Below are positions 52,533-64,000 of a stretch of 64,000 bases of DNA, piece after piece; position 1 is the first letter of the stretch; every line of letters begins with the position of its first letter. Position numbers and translations under genes: made by a program. A model generated the notes under the pieces. It did no database searches. It was not told where the DNA came from and was given only the letters and a program-made list of their open reading frames with translations. The stretch comes from Octopus vulgaris (Eukaryota). Where the stretch lies: positions 71,238,001-71,302,000 of the forward strand of contig OX597833.1 in assembly GCA_951406725.2 (NCBI GenBank), written 5' to 3'.

Positions 52533-52684
52533 AGGCTTTTCATGTCCATATTTTATGGAGGTTTTAGGCCAACAGGTCTTGGGGTCTGACGATGCGCCAT
52601 TAAGTTAAACCCTTTAGCAACGGGAAACCCAGAGTAACACCATAAACCGACCTTCCCCAGTGAAATATATATAGATATATATAG

Positions 52685-53003
52685 TGGCACTCCGTTGGCT
52701 ATGACAAAGTGGGTTCTATTTGATCTGATCAATGCTTGTGAAATCAACATGCAAGTGGCTGAGTACTCCATAGACACGTGTACCCTTAATGTAGTTCTCA
52801 GGGAGATTCAGAGTGACACTGAGTGTGACAAGGCTGGAAACAGGGATAAAAGAATGAGAGAAAGTTGTGGTGAAAGTGAACAGCAGAGCCTCGTGGAACT
52901 TTAGGTATTTTTCGGTCAATAAACACTCACAGCGCCAGGGAATCGAAACCACGATTCTACAACCGCAGGTCTAGTGCCCTGACCACTGGGCCATTGCACC
53001 TCC
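52685..53003 (-). mobile_element. SINE family C
   Basis: Reverse-complement homology to 33290-33676. Confidence 0.85.
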
Positions 53004-53075
53004 ACACACACAATACACACACACACACACATATAATTATTTTATAATTATGTATGTAATTATAGAATATTTATG

Positions 53076-53241
53076 AGGTGCAGGAGTGGCTGTGTGGTAA
53101 GTAGCTTGCTTACCAACCACATGGGCATGGGTTCAGTCCCACTGCATGGCATCTTGGACAAGTGTCTTCTACTACAGCCTCGGACTGACCAAAGCCTTGT
53201 GAGTGGATTTGGTAGATAGAAACTGGAAGAAGCCTATCGTG

Positions 53242-53295
<54 letters not shown>

Positions 53296-53362
53296 GTATG
53301 TATATACATATATGTGTGTGTGTGTGTGTTTGTGTGTCTGTGTTTGTTCCCCCAGCATTGCT
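53076..53362 (+). mobile_element. SINE family A, tail missing
   Basis: Head and body homology. Confidence 0.88.
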
Positions 53363-53644
53363 CGGAACTGCAATAATTCTTTGCAGGGTTCTTGGAGCAT
53401 GACCAGTTAACAAGTGTCCCCTTAGTCTGCTGGCTGTGGACGGCTGACACTTTCCGTCACACCCATCAAAATAAGCTGTGAGTTTTTATAAAAAGGAATA
53501 AATAAATAAATACGATGGCCAATATATGTGAGCCTATATGCATACATTTATGTGCTCTTCCTACAGCATTAGAGCATTTTAGCTCTTATTTCTAGCAATG
53601 TAAGCGTCTTGACACCCTTTGTCGCATTTAGTGATATTTGTACA

Positions 53645-53681
<37 letters not shown>

Positions 53682-53939
53682 AAAAGAGATGACATAAGAA
53701 AAACAATGGTATTATAATTAATATTTGAATATATAAATGTATATAAGGACACAGGAAAAATGTGTCAAAGCCATCAGGAGGCGTCGATACTTCCTAGGGC
53801 TAAACAGCGGTGGTGTACCCCCCTACTGTCACGTTCATGTTAGATTGACAGTATACAACCATTCTATATATATATATATATGTATATATATATAATATAT
53901 ATACACACACACACATACACACGCACACACACACACACA

Positions 53940-54510
53940 CACTCGCTTGCGCGCGTGCGTGTGAGACGGGAAAGGTTAATGAGTTGTGTTCACGTTGGAG
54001 AATTGTAAAAGTCTGTTTAGAAAATGCTACGTGAGTCTGAGTACTTTTATGCGTCTGTTCTCTATAGGAATCCATAAAATAAATCACGTACCGAAGTTAA
54101 TTACCACAACAATCCTTCCTCGCCCACCCTTTACCTATCTATGGTCGTGTATTAGCGTCATAAATGTTTATTAACTTTTATAAAACACCAACAGAGCGAC
54201 AGAAGCAGTAAATAATGGATTCGTGGAAAGCGCACTTGCTGGAGGTAGGTAATAGTTACGTCCCCTTATCTCGACTTTGCCGTTCCTCCTCGCTCCGGGT
54301 TCGATCGTCAAGGAATTGTCAACGAGACAAAGGCACAGCAAATGCCGTGACTTTGGGAAGGCTTTTTGTAAGCTGATCGAAGGACGAGGTGTCACAAGCT
54401 ACGTGTGTCCTCTCGGTATAAAGATGGTGGGGTGGCTAGCGGGGGTGAATCGTGCAGAAGAATATTTGAAGGGAAGTTTTGAATATTCTCCAGAACGAAT
54501 CTATGGTCGA
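53940..54510 (+). promoter_or_regulatory. Second CpG-enriched unique island with TATA/Inr-like arrangement and donor-like sites
   Basis: TATAAAA 54179-54185, gcAgt at 54207, ATG 54215 reading MDSWKAHLLE to GAG|GTAGGT at 54244; another GTGAGT at 54031. Confidence 0.35.
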
Positions 54511-55579
54511 TGATCTTCAATTAATGACCATCCTGCCTTATTTTGAGGATTATACATTGTCCAATGTCTATCCTATTTTTTTTTTTGCTTTTTAGATTTG
54601 AGGGAGATTTGGCTGCTATTTCTAGCAAGTCGTACTACTATATAGAGCAGATACGAGCAACTTTTTAGACCGCCTAAGGCCTGACGCATCATTGAGCACC
54701 CATTCTACTTAAAATTCTGAGGTAATTTTTCGTTGATCATGCTATTCATAAAATCCCATGACTGATAGATTGTCTGTGACTGATGGGGAGGCTCACTCAT
54801 TCGCTTGTTTGCTGCAATCATTTGTCTCTTAGCAAAAAAGAGAAAAACAAATGGGAACACTTTCGATAGCATGTGGTTAGGGTTTTGCCCCCACAGTCGT
54901 CATATCGTGGGTTTGACTCCCAGACGGGGCAGCGTGTTGTGTTCCTGAGCAAATCACTTCTTGATTTCACATTGCTCTGGTACTGTGTGGTGGGGACCAG
55001 CATGTCAAAGAAGGGACCCAGCGTTTCCTCTGCATGTTGTGAAAGGCAACAAAAAGGGGTTGAGGCAGGGTTTACACTCATCATCAATCACCATCGTCGT
55101 TTAACGTCCGCTTTCCATGCTGGCATGGGTTGGACGGTTTGACTGAGGGCTGGCAAGCCAGAAGGCTCCAATCCAATATGGCAATGTTTCTACAGCTGGA
55201 TGCCCTTCCTAATGCCAGTCAGGTGGCACTACCAACAATAGTCAGGCAGCACTGGTAACCTTGCAACCTTGCAACTCCCACCAGCAACAACTATTCAAAC
55301 AGACTGATGGGTGGGGAAGCTTGTTGCCTGAGTGGTACAAAGGTGTCGTTCACCAGGAATGGTAGGGAACCCCCAACAAACGGTGGATACAGCAACACCC
55401 TCTCACAGCCATGCCTCCATGGCTTTCCTGTTACTTTTGAATGGAGGACCTCTGTAGTTATTACATTAGTCTCTCTCTCACTGCCTCTGTTCATAAAACT
55501 AAAATGTCAAAGACAAGAGTCACAAATAAAGAATTATTTTTACTTCAAAAAACTACGCAACCTTGAATTCTTATACTTG

Positions 55580-55905
55580 CCGTGGCACGTAAAAGGACAC
55601 CATTCAAGCGTGATTGTTACCAACATCGCCTTACTGGCACCTGTGCCGGTGGCATGTGTAAAAAGATTCGAGCAAGGTCGTTGCTAGTGCCACCTGACTG
55701 GCCCCCGTGCCAGTGGCACGTAAAAGCACCCACTACACTCTCGGAGTGGTTAGCGTTAGGAAAGGCACCCAGCTGTAGAAACACTGCCAGATCAAGATTG
55801 GAGCCTGGTGCGGCCGTCTGGTTCGCCAGCCCTCAGTCAAAATCGTCCAACCCATGCTAGCATGGAAAGCGGATGTTAAATGGTGATGATGATGATGATG
55901 ATGAT
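55580..55905 (+). mobile_element. RTE 3'-UTR fragment (family B)
   Basis: Closely similar to 22620-22915. Confidence 0.88.
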
Positions 55906-57097
55906 AGCATTCTCTACTATAGGTTCAAGACCTGAAATTTTAGGGGAAGGAAGAATAATGCTCAATTCATCATCATCATCATCGGGAGGAGGAGGAGAGA
56001 TAGAGATTAGAAGAATGAAAGTATAAAAGAGAAGGAAGGAAAAAAGAAGACAGAGAAAAGAAATACTGAAATGGTAGAAGGAAGAAGAAATAATGGTGAA
56101 GAAAAGAAAGAAAGAATGAAAGGAAGGAAGAGAGAAAGAAAGAAAAGAAGAAAGGGAGACAAAAGTAGAAAGAAAAAATAGAAAAATAAATAAAGAAAGA
56201 AAGAAGAGAGAATATGGAGCCTTGAAGGAGGCGAGTGCTGTATGTGGTTGGTGTACGGGCTAGAAATAGCAGTCAAGTCTCCAAATCACATTACCACTTA
56301 AGAAAAAACTGAGGGACAATCTGTGTTATGTGGTCCTGGACCACATTGTATATAGGAATAAGACAGGGTGGCCATAGGTGGAATGTCTTTGATCAAAAGT
56401 CTGCTTGATTAGGATTTTGACCTGGAGCTAGACAAGAACAAGAACAACAGCAACAACAAAGCAAATTGGATGAGAAAGAGGGAGAGAAAGGAGCAGGGGA
56501 GAGGAGGGAGGAAAGAGTAGGAGTGAGTGTGGGAGGGGGAGGGAGCAAGAAAGAAAGAAAGAAAGGAACAAAAGAAACCTGAGACAATATGGCAGGAGAG
56601 AGATCTATTGTAGAATGGTACAAAGGGTTCCTGAGAGATGCACTTAAAAGGGTACATTGTTGGGGTGGGGACGGGGGTGAAGTATATAGGGGTGGTGGTG
56701 GTGGTGGTGTTGGTGGGGCTTGGCTAAGAAAGAGTGAAAGAGAGAGGGGGAGATGGTGAGGGATTGAGAAAAAGTTACAGGAGATGCATTAGCAAAGAAT
56801 ACACACACACATATGTATGCGTGTGTGTGTGTGTGTGTGTGTGTAAGTGGGTAATATTAGGTTTCTGTTTTTTTTTTTTAAACTGTTTTTAGAAAAAAAA
56901 TTCTTGATACAGTCACAATTTCTAAAGAAGGATTTTTCTTAAATTAAAAATTATTAATTATATGAAACAAAATTGTTAATAAACTCCAACAAAAATTACA
57001 CAAAAATTGTGGAAGGAAGTTTTCTTGTGTTGAGCACTTTTTGCTGTCTTTCACTTTATACACACTCTCACAAATATATATATAATATATATAATAC

Positions 57098-57177
<80 letters not shown>

Positions 57178-57178
<1 letters not shown>

Positions 57179-57361
57179 CCATTACAGATCGTTAGCCACT
57201 ACACACATTTTTTTCTCTCCTTGTTTCTTTCTGTGTCCCTTTCTGCTGAAGAGCGTAGGCTCGAAACGTAAAAGACTTTTTCTATTCCTGAGCGTTATAC
57301 TAATACGTCTGCTTGTTTTGTACATCACCTGTCTTCGTCTTTTGTTTTTTTCGTGAACTCT

Positions 57362-57365
<4 letters not shown>
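57178..57365 (+). mobile_element. Short element inserted in (TA)n carrying a variant minimal hammerhead (Penelope pseudo-LTR-like)
   Basis: (TA)n both sides; CUUU CUGCUGA A GAGC-GUAG-GCUC GAAAC GU A AAAG at 57239-57274; partial second copy at ~38388-38464. Confidence 0.6.
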
Positions 57366-57400
<35 letters not shown>

Positions 57401-57661
57401 TTCAACACTCAGCCAGTATGTGTGTGTGTGTGTGTGTGTGTATACATATATATTTATGCATACATTAATGTGGTTTTAGAGTAAAGTTTTGACTGCTATT
57501 TCCAGTGTGGTGGTATCTCTTAAATACCCTAAATTATAATTTTAATAATAATTATCATCTTTGAAGGTTTTTATTCCCATGCTGGCCACCTGATAAGATC
57601 AGTATTTAAATATCAATCTTATCCTTATTTATATGTATATTTATGCATACATGTATATGTG

Positions 57662-57746
<85 letters not shown>

Positions 57747-57978
57747 TGTCATCATGATTGTCATTTAATGTCCCTTTTCCATGCTGGCATGGGTTGGACG
57801 GTTTGACTGAAAACTGATAAGCCGGGAACTGCACCAGGTTCCAATCTGATTTCTACAGCTGAATGCCCTTCCTAATGCCCATCACTACGAGAGTGTAGCG
57901 GAGGTTTTTTATGTATTATTGACCTGACATGACTACGGACTCACTTGGCTTGACAGGTCAACACAAGCACAGTATATT

Positions 57979-58355
57979 CTTTTCTTCACTACTCTAGGCA
58001 CAAGGCCCGAAATTTTGGGGGAGGAGGGGGGCAGTCGATTAGATCGACCTAAGTACGCAACTGGTACTTAATTTATCAACCCTGAAAGGATAAAAGGCAA
58101 AGTCGACCTTGGCGGAATTTAAACTCAGAACATAACGGCAGACGAAATACTTATTTCTTTACTATCCACAAGGGGCTAAACATAGAGTGGACAAACAAGG
58201 ACAGACAAAGGGATTAAGTCGATTATATCGACCCCAGTGCATAACTGGTACTTATTTAATCAACCCTGAAAGGATGAAAGGCGAATGTAATGGCAGACAA
58301 AATACCGCTTAGCATTTCGCCCGACATGCTAACGATTCTGCCAGCTCACCGTCTT
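57979..58355 (-). mobile_element. Dimeric SINE family E with 16-bp TSD, inserted into an RTE 3' end
   Basis: TSD acaagcacagtatatt at 57963-57978 and 58356-58371. Confidence 0.92.
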
Positions 58356-59287
58356 ACAAGCACAGTATATTGCCAAGGGTCTCAGTCACCTGTCACTGCC
58401 TCCATGAGGTCCAGCACTCCAATAATGTTTTTTATGTGCCACCAGGTGACAAGCAAATGGCACTAGCATTGGCCAGTCTCACATATGTTCCTCATCATTT
58501 TTAAGAGTGATTCTGAGCAAATTTTAGTCCCTGTTTTGAGCTCGTCAAGTGACCCCATAAAAGCCTCATTAACCAATATCATTAAATATTGTTGACATTG
58601 ATTAGATCCCACGTTCCATCCCAAATCAACTCTGTTTGAGATGTTTTGTTTATGGTGGGGGGAAGGGGACACCATTTCCTGCTCCCGTGTCATAGTTTAG
58701 CCCCTTAACACCTGGCATTAAAACCCCACTCATTTGAAGGGCTATTTTTGCTTTGAAGGTTACTCAGTGCCCTCCCTAGTGTTGGGGCCACAAAAATGCA
58801 TCCACTGCCCTTTATAAATTGGTCAGCATTATGAAGGGTGTCCAGCTCTGGCCAAAGGAGACATTGGAGCTGGATGCAATTCTCCAGCTCATTGGACCCT
58901 CTCAAAACTATCCAATCCATGCCAATATGATGATGATGATGATGATGATGATGATAATGGTGATGATGATGATGACGTTGACAATGACAACGATGAGAGT
59001 AGTGGTGGTGGTGATGATGATGATGAGGAGGAGGAGGAGGATCATGTGGCTTAATTTATACTTTGCTTTTTAAGATGGTAGTGCATGGTTTGAAGGAATA
59101 TTTAGTTGCCATTTCTAGCAGACTGAATGACTGTGTTGACGTTTCTTTGATGGTTTCTGAAATACAGCCTGTCGCTATAGCAACCACAGAATGGTGGTGC
59201 TACATCAACTGTTTCTGTAGCTGTAGAATACTTTGCTACAAAGAACATCACTTTTTCATTATCATAGCAACATACCAGAGCAGATCA

Positions 59288-59324
<37 letters not shown>

Positions 59325-59339
59325 TGTGTCTATATATAT

Positions 59340-59700
59340 CATCATCATCATCATCATCATCATCGTTTAACGTCCGCTTTCCGTGCTAGCATGGGTTGGA
59401 CGGTTCAACTGGGGTCTGGGAAGCCTGAAGGCTGCACCAGGCTCCAGTCTGATCTGGCAGGGTTTCTACAGCTGGATGCCCTTCCTAACGCCAACCACTC
59501 CGCGAGTGTAGTGGGTGCTTTTTACGTGCCATCGGCACAGGTGCCAGGGGAGTCTGGCATCAGCCACGATCAGTTGGAGCCAGCCAAGGCGCCACTGGCA
59601 TCTGCCACGTTTGGATGGTGCTTTTTATGTGCCACCGGCACAGAAGCCAGTCGAGGTGGCGCTGGCATCAGCCACGTTCGGATGGTGCTTTTTATGTGCC
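59340..59700 (-). mobile_element. RTE 3'-UTR fragment (family B)
   Basis: (CAT)n followed by reverse-complement terminal block and hairpin units. Confidence 0.88.
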
Positions 59701-60384
59701 ACACACACACGTGTGTATGTGTATGTCTCTTTCCACCCATGGTCACCACTTACTGTTTTCCCCTCCCCCCATGCCTATCTCCCACTTTTCTCCACAAACC
59801 TACCTTATTGAATCTCTTCAGCACAACATAACCTCCAAAGATCCCCCCATCCCTCTACCTCTGCTCACCACTATATTCCTCTCCCCTCCACCTCCCACAC
59901 TCCTTTTGCAATCTCACAAACTTACCCTCTCACTCACCCTACCCAATCCCTGCTCCAATATACACCTCCCCAATACTTGGGTGTTAGGGCCCTGCCACAT
60001 CTTCATCTCCCTCCACCCCCGCCTCTTTCCACCTGAGGTAACTCTGTATCTCCTCCACTGCAAGACACCTATTTCTGTCCCTTTATTCAGACTCCTCTCC
60101 TTTCCTGGCACAACCCCCCTCCCTCAACATTACCTGTTTACTCAGTGACCCCCACTGCTGCTGGCGCCACCCAAAAAGCACCCAGTACACCCTGTAAAGT
60201 GATTGGTGTTAGAAAGGGTACCCAGCTGTCATAGAAGCCAGGCAAGAACAGACGATTGGAGTCAGGTGCATCTCTCTCACTTGCTGGCTGCTGTCATCAA
60301 ACTCTCCACCCATGCCCACATAGAAGAAGGACTTTAAAGGATGATGAAGATGACATATGTGTATACACCCCTCCATATATATAT

Positions 60385-60479
60385 TTATGTATGTATGTAT
60401 GTGTGTATGTATGTATGTATGTATGTATGTATGTATGTATGTATGTATGTATGTATGTATGTATGTATGTATGTATGTA

Positions 60480-60514
<35 letters not shown>

Positions 60515-60755
60515 ATGTATGTATGTATGTATGTATGTATGTGTGTGTGTATGTATGTATGTATGTGTGCATGTGTGTATGTATGTATGTATGTATGTAT
60601 GTATGTATGTATGTATGTGTGCATGTGTGTATGTATGTATGTATGTATGTGTGCATGTGTGTATGTATGTATGTATGTATGTATGTATGTGTGTATGTAT
60701 GTATGTGTGTGTGCATGTGTGTATGTATGTATGTGTGTATGTATGTATGTATGTG
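60385..60755. repeat. (TATG)n/(TG)n microsatellite
   Basis: Direct inspection. Confidence 0.95.
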
Positions 60756-60758
60756 AGT

Positions 60759-60918
60759 ACTAGCGTAGCTAGAGTGTGTGACCAGGGCGGCCCTTCCATT
60801 TGCTGCTCCCCAGACGCCACAAAAAACACATAATGCCTGCAGCCGACCCCAAAGTAGTGCCCCTTTATATAAGCTACCCAGGGTGGACTGCCCCTGCCAC
60901 CCGACCAGCTATGCTAGT
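60759..60918. mobile_element. Small MITE with 12-bp TIRs (hAT-like)
   Basis: actagcgtagct (60759-60770) and agctatgctagt (60907-60918), one CpG-type mismatch. Confidence 0.55.
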
Positions 60919-61351
60919 GTTTATATGTATTGTGTTAATATCCAAAGAGTATTGCTCAGGTGTAAGCGATCCTAAATTCCAAGTTTTTCATCCAGGGCAG
61001 CAGACTGTGGGGTAGGGAGTTGGTCCCTAGACCCTCATTGAGTGGGTATGGAAGCGGAAGGGCAGATGACCAGGAGGAAGACCTGACGAGTATATTCACA
61101 TGGAATACAAAAATACGAAAATAAAGAATACGAAACAAATGAAAGGGATTATGCAATTAGCTCGTCTTGACAGGTGCTTCAGGTGAGCCACAGCTTCTGT
61201 TCTGGCCACGTTCTCTACTTGATTAGACCCGTAAATGTCATAGGTGCATGGAACGACACAAGTTCCGATGGATCTGTGAGGTAAAGATATGTCGCCCTTA
61301 TTGGAAGTGTGTGGCTTTACTACACACACACACAAACACACACACAAACAC

Positions 61352-61386
<35 letters not shown>

Positions 61387-61653
61387 CGAACGCATGCACA
61401 TACACAAGTACTAGTAAATGCACAAAATCAAGAAAAAAATAATAAACTGGAAAAGGACTCAATACAAAGTACTGTGTCAAGTATTTTGCAAACACACACA
61501 CACTCACTCACACACACAAAAACACACTCACACACGCATACACACACAAACACATGCACACACGCACGTGTATACACACACACAAACACACACACACACA
61601 CATATACACTCACACTCTCACACACACACATGCATACACACTCACACACGCAT

Positions 61654-61686
<33 letters not shown>

Positions 61687-62144
61687 CACCTTACTAGAGA
61701 CCAGTTTGTGTTGTCAAGTGTGACTCATAGAAGCATTATTGATTCTGTCCTCCTGACATTTGGTTCCACAGGACAGACATTAATAGATAATAGTGCTGTG
61801 GGGGGTGGGGGTGGAGAGGCACATAGTATCAGTATAGAGGGGGGGAGACAGCAATGTTATAGAGGGGAGGGGGAAGGATGTTATGGCCCATTAAAGAGAA
61901 CATATTTGTGTCTAGTATGATGATGATGATGGGGAGGGGGTGGCCACAGCAGTAGTTTTATCAGTGGTTGTGATGATGATGATGATGGCAGTGACATTGG
62001 TGGTGGTAGTGGTGGTAGTGGTGTCAGTAGTGGTGGTGGTGAAGATGATGATGATGACAATGATGATGGTAGTGATGGTTGTGGTTGTAGTATCGCTATT
62101 TATTGCTTATATTTTCTCCACTGTTGTTTGTTTATTCCGTCGTT

Positions 62145-62440
62145 CATCATCATCATCATCATCAGCGTTTAACGTCAGTTTTCCATGCTAGCATGGGTCG
62201 GACGGTTCGACCAGGATCTGGGAAGCCAGAAGGCTGCACCAGGCTCCAGTCTGATCTGGCAGTGTTTCTACAGCTGGATGCCCTTCTTAACGTCAACTAC
62301 TACGTGAGTGTAGTGGGTGCTTTTTACGTGCCACCGGCATAGGTGCCAGTGGGGTCCAGCAACGGCCACGATTGGTTGGTGCTTTTTACATGCCACTGGC
62401 ACAGGTGCCAGTCGAGGCGGCGCTGGCATCGGCCACGTTT
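62145..62440 (-). mobile_element. RTE 3'-UTR fragment (family B)
   Basis: Homology to family B. Confidence 0.88.
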
Positions 62441-63619
62441 GGATTATTTATCAATATTTTTTTTTCTCTCATGTCACAATAAAAAAACTACAGTCTTCTT
62501 CGATTATTTTCTAACAGGCCAATCTTATAAGTTCCCTGCTGTTCTGTTGACGACACTGATATAGGAGTGTCTGTAAAGTGCTACAGAACAACTATTTCAA
62601 TGGATTTCACTTATAAAGTACTACTTTACCAATTTTCCTACCAGTGCTTAAAACTTTCACCAAAACACACACACACACACACACACACATAAATTCTCAT
62701 CTGTCCCTATCGTCATAGATGCTTTAGGTAATGAACCAACAAATTTGCACAATAACCTAGAAATACTCAGCTTCACAGAGAAAGAGCAAAAGAAACTGCC
62801 GTGGATTCTTCAAATCCAGTCGATAAGTGGCACAGTGGAGATCTGTAAGACATTCCAAAAATTGTCCATCTGAGATTCTCAGGTGAAGAGATGCACACAC
62901 TTTTATGTGTGCATCGACAGTTGAACCCCAACCCACCAACTCAACCACAGATTTACAAACACCAGGAACTCTCTTCACTCGGAAAATCTTGTCACTTTGT
63001 TAGCAACTGGCTTGGATTCTCTCGAGAAGAACTGAAATAAAACTCAAGGAAGAAACATACACACATATCAAGGCCTTACTGAGACGCAAGCACACGTTCT
63101 CTCTTTCCCTCTCTCTCTCACTCTTTCTCTCTCATGCTTGTAGGTGATGGGCTTCTGTACAGTTTCCTTCAGCTAAATTCTACCCACACTATCTTAAACA
63201 ACATGATCTTATGGTAGAAGACACTTATTCAAAATGCTGTCTGTTGGTATTGAACTGGAAACAACAAGATTGCCAAGCGAACTTCTTAACCACAAAACTA
63301 TCATGCCAAGTTGTGGGTTCCAGATAAACCTTTAAGAAGCAAACCTTAGACAAAAGGTGTTCCAGTCATGACCATCTCGTATATTTCTTTTTACAACAGA
63401 GTTTACCCATGATTATATTACCCAATGTGTTATTCCATTCTTAAATTAGAACAGTGTGATTTAACAGTGATTTGGCTGCTATTTCTAACAGATTGAGCAA
63501 GAATGTTGAGAGAGTATCCTTCATAGCTTCACAGAGAACAGTGTTCCGTAATGAAGCAGGGATTCAATTACGTTTAAAGGTAAATTGTGCCACGGTAGCT
63601 GATAAATGCAAGCTTTCTT

Positions 63620-64000
63620 TTCAGGTACATGACACTGCTGTCCCTTATCCCAGGGTCTCATGGGCCCACACCTCCCATACCCTCAGGGTTGGCACACTGA
63701 AAGATAGATCTGGTGAGATTGTTGAGATGCTTGAAAAAGTGTCACACTCTCACAGTTGAGAGAACCTGTGGAAGAGGTAGACCCAGGAAGATCTGGGATG
63801 AGGTGGTGAAGCACGATCTTTGAACATTAAGCCTCACTGAGGCAATGATCAGTGACCGAGACCTTTGGAGATGCGCTGTGCTTGAGAATACCTGACAAGC
63901 CAAGTGAGACCACAGCCTGTGGCCTATGCCAGTGAGTATAACCAGCCCACTTATGAATACCCCTCATTCATTGGGCAATAAACCTTGCTTACGAAGACCT
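63620..64000 (+). mobile_element. Internally deleted RTE: endonuclease N-terminus fused to ORF C-terminus and 3' UTR
   Basis: TLRVGTLKDRSGEIVEMLE (APE start) joins CGRGRPRKIWDEVVKHDL...DRDLWRCAVLE; 3' part homologous to 5361-5560. Confidence 0.8.

Noticed and set aside
61075-61170. CTGACGA...GAAA hammerhead candidate
   Set aside because: Stem II is plausible but no consistent stem III and cleavage triplet can be built

Overview
Eukaryotic, AT-rich, repeat-dominated intronic/intergenic DNA. The SINE/LINE repertoire and microsatellite load resemble an Octopus (coleoid cephalopod) genome; this is inferred from recalled repeat sequences, not a database search. No intact protein-coding gene is supported, and nearly all long ORFs in the track are microsatellite translations. 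Supported content: (1) a CpG-rich promoter-like island at ~1.8-2.2 kb with a probable minus-strand micro-exon at 212-242; (2) several tRNA-derived SINE families (called A, C, D, E here); (3) an RTE LINE family present as an RT fragment with an embedded PHD finger, an internally deleted copy, and many 3'-UTR-only copies ending in (GAT)n; (4) CR1 3' ends and an R4/Dong-type RT fragment; (5) two copies of an ~550-bp element flanked by (TAA)n; (6) two non-autonomous Helitrons, a Tc1 remnant, mariner/hAT MITEs and a 371-bp foldback. The strongest unexpected signal is a nearly canonical type I hammerhead ribozyme on the minus strand at 16613-16672, with three more hammerhead-like motifs at 21924, 24860 and 57239. 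Repeat boundaries are approximate unless a TSD is quoted.
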